64,000 nucleotides of DNA from Desulfovibrionaceae bacterium (GTDB lineage Bacteria > Desulfobacterota > Desulfovibrionia > Desulfovibrionales > Desulfovibrionaceae), in assembly GCA_031552195.1 (NCBI GenBank), contig JAVBMT010000023.1, positions 104,364-168,363 of the forward strand. Direction: 5' to 3'. Numbering within the stretch: position 1 is the first letter of the stretch; the number at the start of each line of letters is the position of its first letter. This document shows, piece by piece, positions 1-9,351 of the stretch. Below the pieces are notes generated by a model. The model was not told where the DNA came from and made no database searches. It was given only the letters and a program-made list of their open reading frames with translations. Both the position numbers and the translations under genes were made by a program.

Positions 1-1661
1 ATGAAGGAGGAGCGGTTCTCGGCCGCAAGGAAGCCAACCGGGGTTTCATAGAAGCCCTGCTTGAAGCTGATCCTTATGACGCGTACCATTTCTATCTTTC
101 CTCAAAAGGCGAATATGAATATCTTAAAGGCCAGCTTGAATGCGACTTCCCGGTCCTTTGGAAAAACGGGCGCCTTGTTCTGAGGGCGCAGCGAGAATTG
201 CCCCGAGCCTTGCAAACAGAACGCTTTCACTGCTTCCATCTCTCAGACTGCATTTCGGACTTCAATAACCTGGCCAGGGCGCGCAACGCCCTCAGCCAGG
301 TTATTTTTCCCATTACCGGCCCCACTCATTCACTCAGCTATCTGCGCTTCCATAACTCCTTCATGGAACTCTTGGGGCCGCAGATAAGCGGGCGCGATTC
401 CATCGTCACCACTTCACGCGCCGGAACAGCCGTTGTGGCAAATATGTTCCGCCTGTTAAGAGAAAACTACCGCCTGCCGGAAAGCGGCTTCCCCTCCCCC
501 CGCCTGGATATGATCCCGCTGGGCGTTGATGCGCGCAGGGTGCTGGCGGAGCCGGACAGCCCGGAATGGAACACTCTGCGCGCGGACATGCGATACAAAC
601 TCGGAGCGGATGCCGATTCCGTCATTTTCCTGGCTTTTTCCCGCCTTTCAAGCCATTCCAAAATGGATTTCATTCCGCTTTTGCAGGCCTTCCGCCGGGC
701 GGAAAAACTAAAAAACCACCCTTACCTTCTGGTTCTGGCCGGCTGGGTCGAAGATGGCGACCCGTTGCCTGGCATGCTGGAAACCCTGGCTAAAAATACC
801 GGAGTGCGCCTGAAGCTTCTGCTGCATCCAACCCACGATGAGCGAAAGGCGCTATACGCCGCGGCCGACGTCTTCCTTTCACCTTCGGATAATTTGCAGG
901 AAACATTCGGGCTGACCATGCTGGAAGCCGCGGCCGCCAGGCTGCCTGTCATCGCTTCGGATTTTGACGGCTACCGCGATTTGGTGCAGCATGAGCGCAG
1001 CGGCTTTCTCATACCCAGCTACGGTCCGTTTTACGCGCCCGCAACCGACGCCCTGGCCGGCCTTATTTACGATAGCGATTACCACCTGGCGCTGGCCCAG
1101 CAATGCGTTGTCGATGTGCCGGCCCTGGCGCGCGGAATAGAGTTTATGGCCGGACAGCCTGTGGTGCGGCGGGAAATGGGCGAAACCGGGCGGGCGAATG
1201 TGCTGGCAAATTATACATGGGAAATCGCCATCCGCCGGCATGTTGCCCTGTGGGACAATCTGAACGCCGTCACGTTGAGCGAAGCGGAAGAAGACGCGTT
1301 ACGCCGGAGCCGCAGCCCCATTCACCCTCCCTTTATGGAAATTTTCGCCTCGCACTTTACCCGCCGCCTTGATTGCGCACGGGAAGAAGGCTTTAAACTG
1401 CGTTGGAGCAAAAACGGTGAAGCGCTGTACAGGGGAAAGGAATTTCCTGTTATTTACGGCGAGCTTGAAAATAAAATAGATATGGACTTTCTTAAACAGC
1501 TTGTTTTTTTCGCCCGCAATGGCGTTACCCCGCAAAAGCTCCACGCGGAAATGCGAACTTTTGCCGCGCAAAACGCTTCTTTTTATGGGAAAGACAAATC
1601 CATTGACCCCGATTTCCTTATGCTCTGGGCCGTCAAGCAAGATTTCCTGGAAATAATTTAA
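1..1661 (+). CDS. Glycosyltransferase, GT-B fold (GT4/GT1-like), 5'-truncated by the window edge, with a C-terminal extension of about 130 aa
   Basis: Frame 3 is open from base 3 (EGGAVLGRKEANRGFIEALL...), so the TTG at 198 in the ORF track is not the real start. It carries the GT-B donor-binding motif ETFGLTMLEAAAARLPVIASDFDGYRDLVQHERSGFLIP. The stop is at 1659-1661. Confidence 0.8.
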   Translation, partial: EGGAVLGRKEANRGFIEALLEADPYDAYHFYLSSKGEYEYLKGQLECDFPVLWKNGRLVLRAQRELPRALQTERFHCFHLSDCISDFNNLARARNALSQVIFPITGPTHSLSYLRFHNSFMELLGPQISGRDSIVTTSRAGTAVVANMFRLLRENYRLPESGFPSPRLDMIPLGVDARRVLAEPDSPEWNTLRADMRYKLGADADSVIFLAFSRLSSHSKMDFIPLLQAFRRAEKLKNHPYLLVLAGWVEDGDPLPGMLETLAKNTGVRLKLLLHPTHDERKALYAAADVFLSPSDNLQETFGLTMLEAAAARLPVIASDFDGYRDLVQHERSGFLIPSYGPFYAPATDALAGLIYDSDYHLALAQQCVVDVPALARGIEFMAGQPVVRREMGETGRANVLANYTWEIAIRRHVALWDNLNAVTLSEAEEDALRRSRSPIHPPFMEIFASHFTRRLDCAREEGFKLRWSKNGEALYRGKEFPVIYGELENKIDMDFLKQLVFFARNGVTPQKLHAEMRTFAAQNASFYGKDKSIDPDFLMLWAVKQDFLEII

Positions 1662-1732
1662 ACTATTTTCAGAACGCTTAACGCTTGAAACGCCCTGCGG
1701 CGATTGCGCGGAAAGCGCGGCGCCGCAATCAG

Positions 1733-1756
1733 GCTTTCCGGCATCCGCCGGAAAGC
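1733..1756. other. GC-rich hairpin (10-bp perfect stem, 4-nt loop) between convergent genes
   Basis: The sequence is gctttccggc atcc gccggaaagc. It abuts the stop codon of the 1064-aa gene. A second imperfect hairpin lies just upstream (about 1696-1728). Neither has a U-tract, so terminator function is uncertain. Confidence 0.35.
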
Positions 1757-4700
1757 TAAAAGCGTGATCCGTACAAAGCCTGCGCCAGGTTTATGCCGCT
1801 TATTCTGGAGAGGTCTTTAAGGTAGGTATTTATGCTGTCGAGGTAAAAAGACAGGGGCCGGGCGAAGTTGCGCCCGACGATGCCATCCACGAAGAGCTGG
1901 CTGACCTCATGCTCACGCGACAAAATAAGCTGGGAACGGCAAAGAATTGAACGCTCTTCCGCCGTCATTTCACGAAGCATATGCGTAAGCATTTGTTTTC
2001 CCCTGGGTTGATAGAACCAAAAATACATCAAATCCAGAGAATTAATAATAATAATACGTTCCAGCTTGTGTATTTCCGCTCCAAGATGCCCCCAGTAATC
2101 TTTGGGACGCGCCAAAATTTCCAGCACGTCCTCCTCTTCCGGCAAAAGCAATTCGAGACGGGCGAAGCAGTCAAAAAATTGCTGCAATTTAGCCTGGCAG
2201 TCCCAGTGCCGCATGCGCATATTGCTTGAACGGTCCGCGATGCCTTCAATAATGCCGGCCACCGTATCTGAAGAAATCTTTGAAATAATGGCCCCGGTCT
2301 GAAGCATCAAGACGCCCGCGTTTTCCGGGTAGAACTGCTGGAATATATATAGAAAAATTTCATTGTAGGCCAAAGAGACCGGAATAGCCAGCACGCTGCG
2401 GAAAAGGTTTCCGATGATGGCTTCTTTCTGCAACCCCCGGTACAAATTATGCCCGGCGATATAAAACCCGTTTACTGTTGAAACGACTGTAAAGAAGACT
2501 AGCGGGGCATTGCTCTGGTTTATGCCGAACATGCTGTTCAAGAGCCAGTAACGCACAACCAGTTCCAGCAGGGGCACGGAAAGACCGGTAAACATCAGCG
2601 AGTCGCAAAGGCGGCTCCAGCTCACGAAGTTATTCCAGCGCAGCAAAGGTGAACGGCTCAGGCCGCCGCCGCCAAGCACCGCCTGCACTATATTGCGCAA
2701 ACCGGTAATGGCGAACCAGAGCAAGGGGCCGAACCAGGCCAGCACCCACCAGGTTTGCGTGTAATGAAAAGTAAGCAGGGCCGGGATAAAACCAACCAGC
2801 ACTTTCAGGGTGTTTTTCAGCACCGTGTTAAGGTAACTGGTGTTAAGCGGCATGTCGTCATTAGTTCCCTCAAGGCTGCCCTTATTTGTGCTCATGCGGC
2901 AGCCAGGCATGGGGTGGTCGCGCTGAAAGCCGCCCAGGGTGCCCAGGTTTCCGTTCTGGTCATAAACAATGTCATGCGAGCTTAACACCCAGTCATGCTT
3001 GCGCGCGCACATGAAATTGCGGCAGCCCGGCAGAAGCCGTATGAGGCCTGTCAAACGCCTGTAACGCCCAAGGGAGTAACGAGGCACATAGGTGATGCGC
3101 GAACTGATTTTCTGGCATAGCGGCAAAATCTGACGCAGATTTTCCGGAGATTTATGGTAAAGCTGCATCTGCGAGCGGCGCGGCAAGGTATCCGAACAGA
3201 CAAAGCCCATTCCGTGCAAGCGGGTTGAACGGCTGGCGGAATCGCTGCCGATGGTTATGCCAAGCTTATTGCTTTGGTAAAAACTTTTAAAGCGTGGAAT
3301 ATTGCGTAAAATTTCCGTCAGGTGGCGGCAGCGTTCAAGTTTTTCCGCGTCTTTTTCAAGATTTTCCATATTTTGCGGCGAATAGATTTCCCTCTCTTCT
3401 TCCCCTGCGGTCTCCTGGGGCTCCGCCGCGCTATCCTGGGCGGGCATCTCGTCGCTTGTGGAATAAATAGGATCAAGTTCGCACCCATAGGTGCGAATTA
3501 TGCTATGAATAAGACGCTTCAGCACCACAGGGCTGCCGGAATTTATGGCTTGCTGCAACGCGCTGATTTCTTCAAGGTCAAGCAGTTTACCCTCGGCTTG
3601 CTCTTTAAGGTTGAAAAGTTCGATATGGGTTACCATCCCGCCGCAATCGTAGAGAATTTCCAGCACATCTTCCACGGTAAGTCCGGAAAGGTTGAGCGTG
3701 ATGCGGCAGTTTGAACGTACATCCGTCAACCTGTTCAGCAACGCGTGCGAAGTAAGGCCCAACAGCTCAGGCACGTCATGACCCGGCACTGGCTGGGTGA
3801 ATCGAGCCAAGTCAGAATTGTTGGCCGTGCTCAGCCAGGAGTTCATCAATTCGTCCGGATCAAGCGAACAAATTTGATCTTGAATCAGCATAAGCTCTTT
3901 GCGCTTTTCCGCCGCAACCTCCGGCAGCATTTCCTGAATTTCCGCATAGCGCCTGCGCAAGCCCGGCAGGGCGTTCTGATGGATAAGGCTTGCCAGGTGC
4001 AAGCGCGAAGGCTGGCCGGAACTGACAAAGGACTTGAAAGACTGTTCGCTGATTTCCGCGAAGGGAATGCCGAACACGCGCTCAAGGTCAAACCTGTGCA
4101 CATGGTTATATTTTTCCAGCATGGCGAAAACATAGCGTTCCTGATAACGCGAAGCCTCGCGTCCGGCTTCAAGCAGGTGCTGCATGGGTGGGCTGGATAA
4201 AAAAACATGCATGTCGCTGTAATCAATAAAACCTGTTGGCTCCCAGATAAAGTTGACGTAACGCCCCCGGAAGCTGACTTTGTATTCAACGCCGACATAC
4301 ACCAGTATGTCCATAATTTGCGCGGCTTGCATCAATTCCTGCATTGCGGCGGGAGGAACGTAATTGTAGTAAATTACCGTAAGAGAACGGATGCCTTTGA
4401 TCCAGGCGTCCATTATCAGGTGGGTGGGAGACTTGCGGCCTTTGGTGTTGGCGTCGTGAACGTGATGATCAAAGGTAATCTGATTCCATTCTTCAGGCAT
4501 TTCAAGCAAATAGTAACGCCTGAGCAATGTGCGAACCACCCTGCGGCGGCCGGAGGTGGCGGCACGGAAATCATGCGCCAATTTAAGCTGGCGCTCCGTA
4601 TCTCCCTTTGAGCGAACCAGCTCTTTCATAATCTGGATAAGAACCCGCCCGGTATTATAACGAAAATTACTCCCGGCGCCGAGAATAACCTCGTCATGCA

Positions 4701-4950
4701 GGGCCTGCAAGGCCATAACCCTGTCTTTGGCCTGCCCTATTTCCAGAGAATACAAAAGGTTTACTACGGCATAGGCGATACGCTTGTCATTTGAAACAGC
4801 CAACTCTTTAATGCCGTGAGGGTGCAGCGCATGGTCGAAAATTTTCTTGGCGTATTGCTCGCCTGATTGAGCGCCGCTATCCAGAAGCAAATTCACCAGG
4901 TGCAGGAGTTCATGGTCCTGTTTATCAAAAAAAAGCGCGTCTTTCAGCAT
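1756..4950 (-). CDS. Large conserved-looking membrane protein of unknown function (1064 aa): about 690-aa soluble N-terminal region, 5-6 predicted TM helices, and an about 170-aa C-terminal tail
   Basis: This is the only long uninterrupted ORF here, with an ATG start and coding-like composition. Hydrophobic segments include VLVGFIPALLTFHYTQTWWVLAWFGPLLWFAITGL, LMFTGLSVPLLELVV, PLVFFTVVSTVNGFYIAG and LFRSVLAIPVSLAYNEIFLYIF. I recognise no catalytic motif. Confidence 0.75.
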   Translation of the reverse strand: MLKDALFFDKQDHELLHLVNLLLDSGAQSGEQYAKKIFDHALHPHGIKELAVSNDKRIAYAVVNLLYSLEIGQAKDRVMALQALHDEVILGAGSNFRYNTGRVLIQIMKELVRSKGDTERQLKLAHDFRAATSGRRRVVRTLLRRYYLLEMPEEWNQITFDHHVHDANTKGRKSPTHLIMDAWIKGIRSLTVIYYNYVPPAAMQELMQAAQIMDILVYVGVEYKVSFRGRYVNFIWEPTGFIDYSDMHVFLSSPPMQHLLEAGREASRYQERYVFAMLEKYNHVHRFDLERVFGIPFAEISEQSFKSFVSSGQPSRLHLASLIHQNALPGLRRRYAEIQEMLPEVAAEKRKELMLIQDQICSLDPDELMNSWLSTANNSDLARFTQPVPGHDVPELLGLTSHALLNRLTDVRSNCRITLNLSGLTVEDVLEILYDCGGMVTHIELFNLKEQAEGKLLDLEEISALQQAINSGSPVVLKRLIHSIIRTYGCELDPIYSTSDEMPAQDSAAEPQETAGEEEREIYSPQNMENLEKDAEKLERCRHLTEILRNIPRFKSFYQSNKLGITIGSDSASRSTRLHGMGFVCSDTLPRRSQMQLYHKSPENLRQILPLCQKISSRITYVPRYSLGRYRRLTGLIRLLPGCRNFMCARKHDWVLSSHDIVYDQNGNLGTLGGFQRDHPMPGCRMSTNKGSLEGTNDDMPLNTSYLNTVLKNTLKVLVGFIPALLTFHYTQTWWVLAWFGPLLWFAITGLRNIVQAVLGGGGLSRSPLLRWNNFVSWSRLCDSLMFTGLSVPLLELVVRYWLLNSMFGINQSNAPLVFFTVVSTVNGFYIAGHNLYRGLQKEAIIGNLFRSVLAIPVSLAYNEIFLYIFQQFYPENAGVLMLQTGAIISKISSDTVAGIIEGIADRSSNMRMRHWDCQAKLQQFFDCFARLELLLPEEEDVLEILARPKDYWGHLGAEIHKLERIIIINSLDLMYFWFYQPRGKQMLTHMLREMTAEERSILCRSQLILSREHEVSQLFVDGIVGRNFARPLSFYLDSINTYLKDLSRISGINLAQALYGSRF

Positions 4951-5552
4951 AAGGGGACCTTAAGGATAAACCGCGGTGCTCATACAATCCGGCCTGCGGT
5001 TGTTTTTCATGCCTGCTCTCCTGCCCGGCAGGCGAACTTTCAGAAAAAAAATCAAATAGTTCGCGCTAGTGCGCACCAAAACTCCACAAACAAGCGGCAT
5101 TTTAATTCAAGGTTTTTAGCTATGTAAATACATGCCAAGATGTATTTAAGTTATGCAGTATCTACATCTCGCATAACCTGAATGCTTTAGAACGTACTAT
5201 TTCGGATTGTCAAAATCAACATAGTTATAGGCCATTTTAACTTTGAAAAAATTTAAATGCCATGGCGGTCGCGTTAGCATACGCCCGCAAGCGAGCAGCG
5301 CGGAGTGTCTTTAGAGCTTTTTCGCTTTGAGATGATTGCTTGACGGCTGACAAAGCCCGCCTACAACCATCTCGCGGCAAGGATTTGAAGATAAATCCTT
5401 GCAAAGTGGTCCAACTCTTTCAAAGTTTGACTACGTTAGCACAAGCCGTTTTGGGTTTGTACGTTTCGGATAAAATATCGCCTTCTGTATGCAAAATCGA
5501 TTCTTGCGGAGATATTTCAAAGTTAACACGCCCTAGCCGTAAAGAAATATGA

Positions 5553-5600
5553 CTTGACATAAAAGGGCCTCCGAAAATACGGAGGCCCTTTTATGTCAAG
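5553..5600. terminator. Bidirectional rho-independent terminator: perfect 20-bp inverted repeat
   Basis: The sequence is cttgacataaaagggcctcc / gaaaatac / ggaggcccttttatgtcaag. The GC core GGGCCTCC/GGAGGCCC is followed by TTTTAT on both strands. It lies 18 nt downstream of the RTX gene stop. Confidence 0.8.
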
Positions 5601-5617
5601 CGTTAAACGGATCAGAC

Positions 5618-8600
5618 TCAGCCGCCGACGTTGGTCAAAATCTGCTGCAAGAGCAGTGTTTGCTCAACATAGCTGTTGTTGAAGCTGTCCATATCAATAT
5701 TAAAGTTAAGCTGGCTGCCTGAAGACAAGGTAACGTCAACGGTTTGCGTACCGCTTGCCGCATCTATGATCAGGCTGAAGTGGGTACTGTCGATGGCATG
5801 CATGGACATCTGGCCTGAATTCAGCAGATGTTCGATGCTGCCCGCACTGGGCTGGTCGGCGCCGAACAGGTCGGAGAAACTCAATTTGTCTTCGGCCAGA
5901 TCAAAATCCATGATTTTATCAAGACCGCCAAGGTCGCCATTCCAAGCGAACACATCATGCCCCGAACCGCCCCACATGACGTCATTTCCAATTCCGCCAT
6001 GGATGGTGTCGTTGCCTGAGCCGCCGAATATTATGTCATTGCCGGCGCCGCCGTAGATCAGGTCGTTTCCTGACCCGCCGAAAATCACGTCATTGCCGAC
6101 ACCGCCAACAAGGGTGTCGGAAGCTCCGGTTCCGGAGATCAAATAACTGTTCCCGTCAGCGACATGAACGTTATTGCCCTGGATGATGCCGTGAACATAG
6201 TGATAATCAGAGTTGCCGGCTGAGCCGTTGATGAAGGAAAGAGCTGAGGAAGAATAATCCTGCTCTGTTCCGATTCTGACGATAAAGTCTCCCTCTGCCG
6301 CGTTGAAACCGTCGATGACGTCATTTCCTCCGTCTGGGCGGAAAATGAAAGCATCAGCTCCGGAACCGCCGTTCAGGTAATCAATTCCCAGCCCGCCGTC
6401 GAGCACGTCGTTGCCGTCGCCGCCGAACAGGAAGTCATTGCCGCCCTGCCCGAACAGGACATCGTCGCCTGCCCCGCCGTAAAGATAATCAGCATTGCCG
6501 CGCGGGTTGCCGCTGGCGTCAAGCACGGTGTCGCTAAGCCCGAAAAGGAAGCTGTTCGCCAGAATGAAATTGTGGAATTCTTCCGCGCTAATCTGGGGAT
6601 TGGCTTCACCGGGATGCCTGGTCTGGGCCAGATATTCCGCGATTATTTTGATGGAATCTCCGGCATTCAAAGCGGAAGAAGGCGTCCAGTCGTTCTGGAG
6701 CAGCAGCCAGTCAGCGTTCAGGGCATCGCCGAAAAGAGCGTCAGAGCCGTCGCCTCCGTTCAGGGTGTCCGCTCCAGCCGGCCTAGACGCGAAGTCAAAG
6801 ATCTGCCCCTTAAGAAGGTTCTGAAGAAGGTCGTCAAGGTCGGCAGGGGTCATGGCGCTGGCGGCCGTTCCGGAAGTATCGTAGTTTCCGAGATAATCCA
6901 CATCCATACTGCCTATGCCGATAGCCTTCACAGTAAGGCCGTTAACGGAATTCAGCAAGGAATTGAAGGCGTCTTGCGACTCGAAGTCTTCCGTCTCGTA
7001 CATATGCCAGTAGTCGCCATTCCTAACGTTCTTATGGTCCGGAAAAGATGTTTCATTGCCTTTATCATCGGCAACAAGGGCGGTAACAGACATTTTATGG
7101 TTGTTGAAATTTTTATCGCAGAAAGTGCCGGAGCTGGCTACGCAGTATTCCGTCCCAGCCGGCCTGCCGATGAGGGCGTCCATTGGCGTCGCGAAATATT
7201 CTTTTTCGTATTGCGCTATAACATTGCCCTGCGCATCGAAAAACACCCAGTTTCCATAGGCGTAATCAGAAGGCAAAGTGCAGGTTACAGATTCGGTGGA
7301 GCCATTTTTAACCGCGACGAAGGCATCCACATAGTATGAGGTCGGCTCGCCGTCGCTCACGAACAGCATAAGATTTTTTCCGTCGGGGTTGGCGGTCGAA
7401 AACCACTGTTTGGCGGACATAAAAGCGGCTTCGTAGTTGGTGTCGCCAAGCGCGTTGAAGTTGGCGTCGATCCAATCGGACAGCTCTTGAGAAATATTTC
7501 CATTGCCGTCGCTAAGGGGAATGTTGGAGGGAATTCGCACAGCGCTGGTAGAAAAACCCACAATGGTGAATTCAATATTCATGCCGTGCATATCTTCGAA
7601 GTCTACAAGAGACTGACAGGCGTTTTTCACGGCTTCTCTCGCATTGAAAATACCGTCTTCGCCCATACTGCCTGATTTATCCACCACGATAGCTATATTC
7701 AGGTCGGAATAGTCCTCTTTGACCGTGGCGTCAACGCCGCCGGGATCGCCCACCAGCACGTCGGCGCCCTTGCCGCCGTCAACAGCGTCGTCAGTGGACT
7801 CGCCCAAACGATACCTGTTGGGAACAATATCTATAACCAGTTCCGCTTCTGAAACGGCCCCGTTAACGTCCTGAATCTGATATCTGAACGTGACCTGCCC
7901 GTCTTTCAGGTCATCACCGGCAAACAGGTTGTTGGAGCGTTCGCCGTTGGCGGTGAAAGTATAGCTTCCGTCGGCATTGAGAACCAGAGTTCCCCACCCG
8001 TCCGGATCGGTTATTGTGATGGATCCGCCGGAAAGGTTCTGTCCGTTCACTCCAACCACAAAAAAGTCGTCGCCTTCCGGATCATAGTCGTTCACGAGCA
8101 CATTGCCGCCGGCGACCGGAACCTGGCGTGAACCGTCAGCTTCAGAGTAATATTCTTGAATGACGTTATAATCGTTAGTGGCCACAACAGACGAAACGAA
8201 CAAAGGCGGAGTATCCGTTCCCGCCGTGAAAGCTTCTCCGCCGAATTGAGCTTCCGGAGTTTCAGTGGCGCGATCCCACAGGATTGTGCCAAGGGTTCCA
8301 AGGCGGTTTACGCCGTCGGTCATGGCCCCTGAACCGTCGTCGTATTCGCCGCCGCCGCTGCCAGGAGGAGTAGCGGCCTGTCCGCCGTCAGGTCCGGCGG
8401 CCGGCAAAAGATCTTCGCCCCCCATGGCCGTTAAAAAAGCCTGGGTGTCAAGTTCCGTTCCGTCTTCGCCCACAAAAACGGGCTGGGCCGGAGATTCCGA
8501 ACCCGCCGCGACATAGTAGCCGCGAAGAGTGATCGTAGCGTCGCCGTCCAGGTTGAAGACAAGGTCGTCGCCAACCTTCGCCATACTTCCCGTGACGGGC

Positions 8601-8740
8601 AGAAAGGCGAGTTCAATGCGGGCGCCGGGAACAACGTCAAAAACGGCATTCTGCCCAGCGCCAGGCTGAACCAGGCGCAATATCGCAGGATTAACGGCCT
8701 GCCCCTGAGCTTGACTGGATTGTTGATTGGCTATCGGCAT
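5618..8740 (-). CDS. RTX-type calcium-binding secreted protein with a cadherin/VCBS-like domain and a von Willebrand factor A domain (putative type I secretion substrate)
   Basis: Two arrays of GGxGxDxxx nonapeptides are present (GGSGNDLIYGGAGNDIIFGGSGNDTIHGGIGNDVMWGGSGHDVF and GGAGDDVLFGQGGNDFLFGGDGNDVLDGGLGIDYLNGGSGADAF). VWA MIDAS-like motifs are VVDKSGSMG, GDTNYEAA and FVSDGEP (about 7316-7705). There is a VLVNDYDPEGDD cadherin/VCBS-like segment. No N-terminal signal peptide is seen, and a 109-aa non-repeat C-terminal tail is typical of T1SS signals. Confidence 0.85.
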   Translation of the reverse strand: MPIANQQSSQAQGQAVNPAILRLVQPGAGQNAVFDVVPGARIELAFLPVTGSMAKVGDDLVFNLDGDATITLRGYYVAAGSESPAQPVFVGEDGTELDTQAFLTAMGGEDLLPAAGPDGGQAATPPGSGGGEYDDGSGAMTDGVNRLGTLGTILWDRATETPEAQFGGEAFTAGTDTPPLFVSSVVATNDYNVIQEYYSEADGSRQVPVAGGNVLVNDYDPEGDDFFVVGVNGQNLSGGSITITDPDGWGTLVLNADGSYTFTANGERSNNLFAGDDLKDGQVTFRYQIQDVNGAVSEAELVIDIVPNRYRLGESTDDAVDGGKGADVLVGDPGGVDATVKEDYSDLNIAIVVDKSGSMGEDGIFNAREAVKNACQSLVDFEDMHGMNIEFTIVGFSTSAVRIPSNIPLSDGNGNISQELSDWIDANFNALGDTNYEAAFMSAKQWFSTANPDGKNLMLFVSDGEPTSYYVDAFVAVKNGSTESVTCTLPSDYAYGNWVFFDAQGNVIAQYEKEYFATPMDALIGRPAGTEYCVASSGTFCDKNFNNHKMSVTALVADDKGNETSFPDHKNVRNGDYWHMYETEDFESQDAFNSLLNSVNGLTVKAIGIGSMDVDYLGNYDTSGTAASAMTPADLDDLLQNLLKGQIFDFASRPAGADTLNGGDGSDALFGDALNADWLLLQNDWTPSSALNAGDSIKIIAEYLAQTRHPGEANPQISAEEFHNFILANSFLFGLSDTVLDASGNPRGNADYLYGGAGDDVLFGQGGNDFLFGGDGNDVLDGGLGIDYLNGGSGADAFIFRPDGGNDVIDGFNAAEGDFIVRIGTEQDYSSSALSFINGSAGNSDYHYVHGIIQGNNVHVADGNSYLISGTGASDTLVGGVGNDVIFGGSGNDLIYGGAGNDIIFGGSGNDTIHGGIGNDVMWGGSGHDVFAWNGDLGGLDKIMDFDLAEDKLSFSDLFGADQPSAGSIEHLLNSGQMSMHAIDSTHFSLIIDAASGTQTVDVTLSSGSQLNFNIDMDSFNNSYVEQTLLLQQILTNVGG
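5948..6478 (-). repeat. DNA encoding the two RTX nonapeptide repeat arrays (27-bp periodicity), at 5948-6106 and 6341-6478
   Basis: Coordinates were derived by counting residues back from the stop codon. The arrays have six and five consecutive GGxGxD units respectively. Confidence 0.8.
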
Positions 8741-9195
8741 AACACACCCCCTATAAAACTTTTCCGTTCAAAAAGATAAGACAAAATTCCCCCGCGACAG
8801 CGCAAAACGCCACCGGCGCCGCACTATCAGCAAATAACTTTACCAACTATCACCCATTAGTAATATGCCAACTATCAAAATATGGCAAGTTTTTTTTCTG
8901 AAAATCCCAGCAATAACGCACGAAAACAGCCTTTTTATCGCCCGTGACGAAAAAAACAAGGCAGGCGAATATAACATGACAAATAAAAACGGCAGTAAAA
9001 GGCCTTATATATTTCCGCCCTATCAACGCCGTGTTTTCCGGCAAACAGGGCAAGCCGGATTACGAGAATTGCCGTTGCCACTGATATATGACGGGCGATA
9101 TGTGGCGAAGGGCGCGCCTTCCTGACAGCGCGGAACATATTCATTTGAATGTACGCGTAAAAAAATCGCTGTCGCGTGCGCATGTCCCGGAACGC

Positions 9196-9234
9196 TCAAG
9201 GCGTCCGATTCCACCATGAAACCGGACGCCTTGA
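9196..9234 (-). other. Hairpin downstream of glyS (12-bp stem, 15-nt loop)
   Basis: The sequence is tcaaggcgtccg ... cggacgccttga. No U-tract follows on the minus strand. Confidence 0.3.
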
Positions 9235-9351
9235 CTTGACGTTTTTCATCAGAAAACTGAAAATTGCCAGACGTTGCAGCGCGCTAACGGCGAAAATGCC
9301 CGGCTGGAACTCTTCCATCCCGTTTGAAAAAATTCTCCTGAAGACAACTCG

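Noticed and set aside
5263-5279. Sigma54-like element TGGCGGTCGCGTTAGCA in the spacer next to the 1064-aa gene
   Set aside because: The -12 GC is displaced by one base, and the sequence is on the wrong strand to drive either flanking gene.
8865-9125. An 86-aa plus-strand ORF and three overlapping minus-strand ORFs (8850-9053, 8935-9183, 9023-9217) in the RTX-glyS spacer
   Set aside because: They mutually overlap in an AT-rich region. They have no RBS, and their translations have odd composition and no recognisable motifs.
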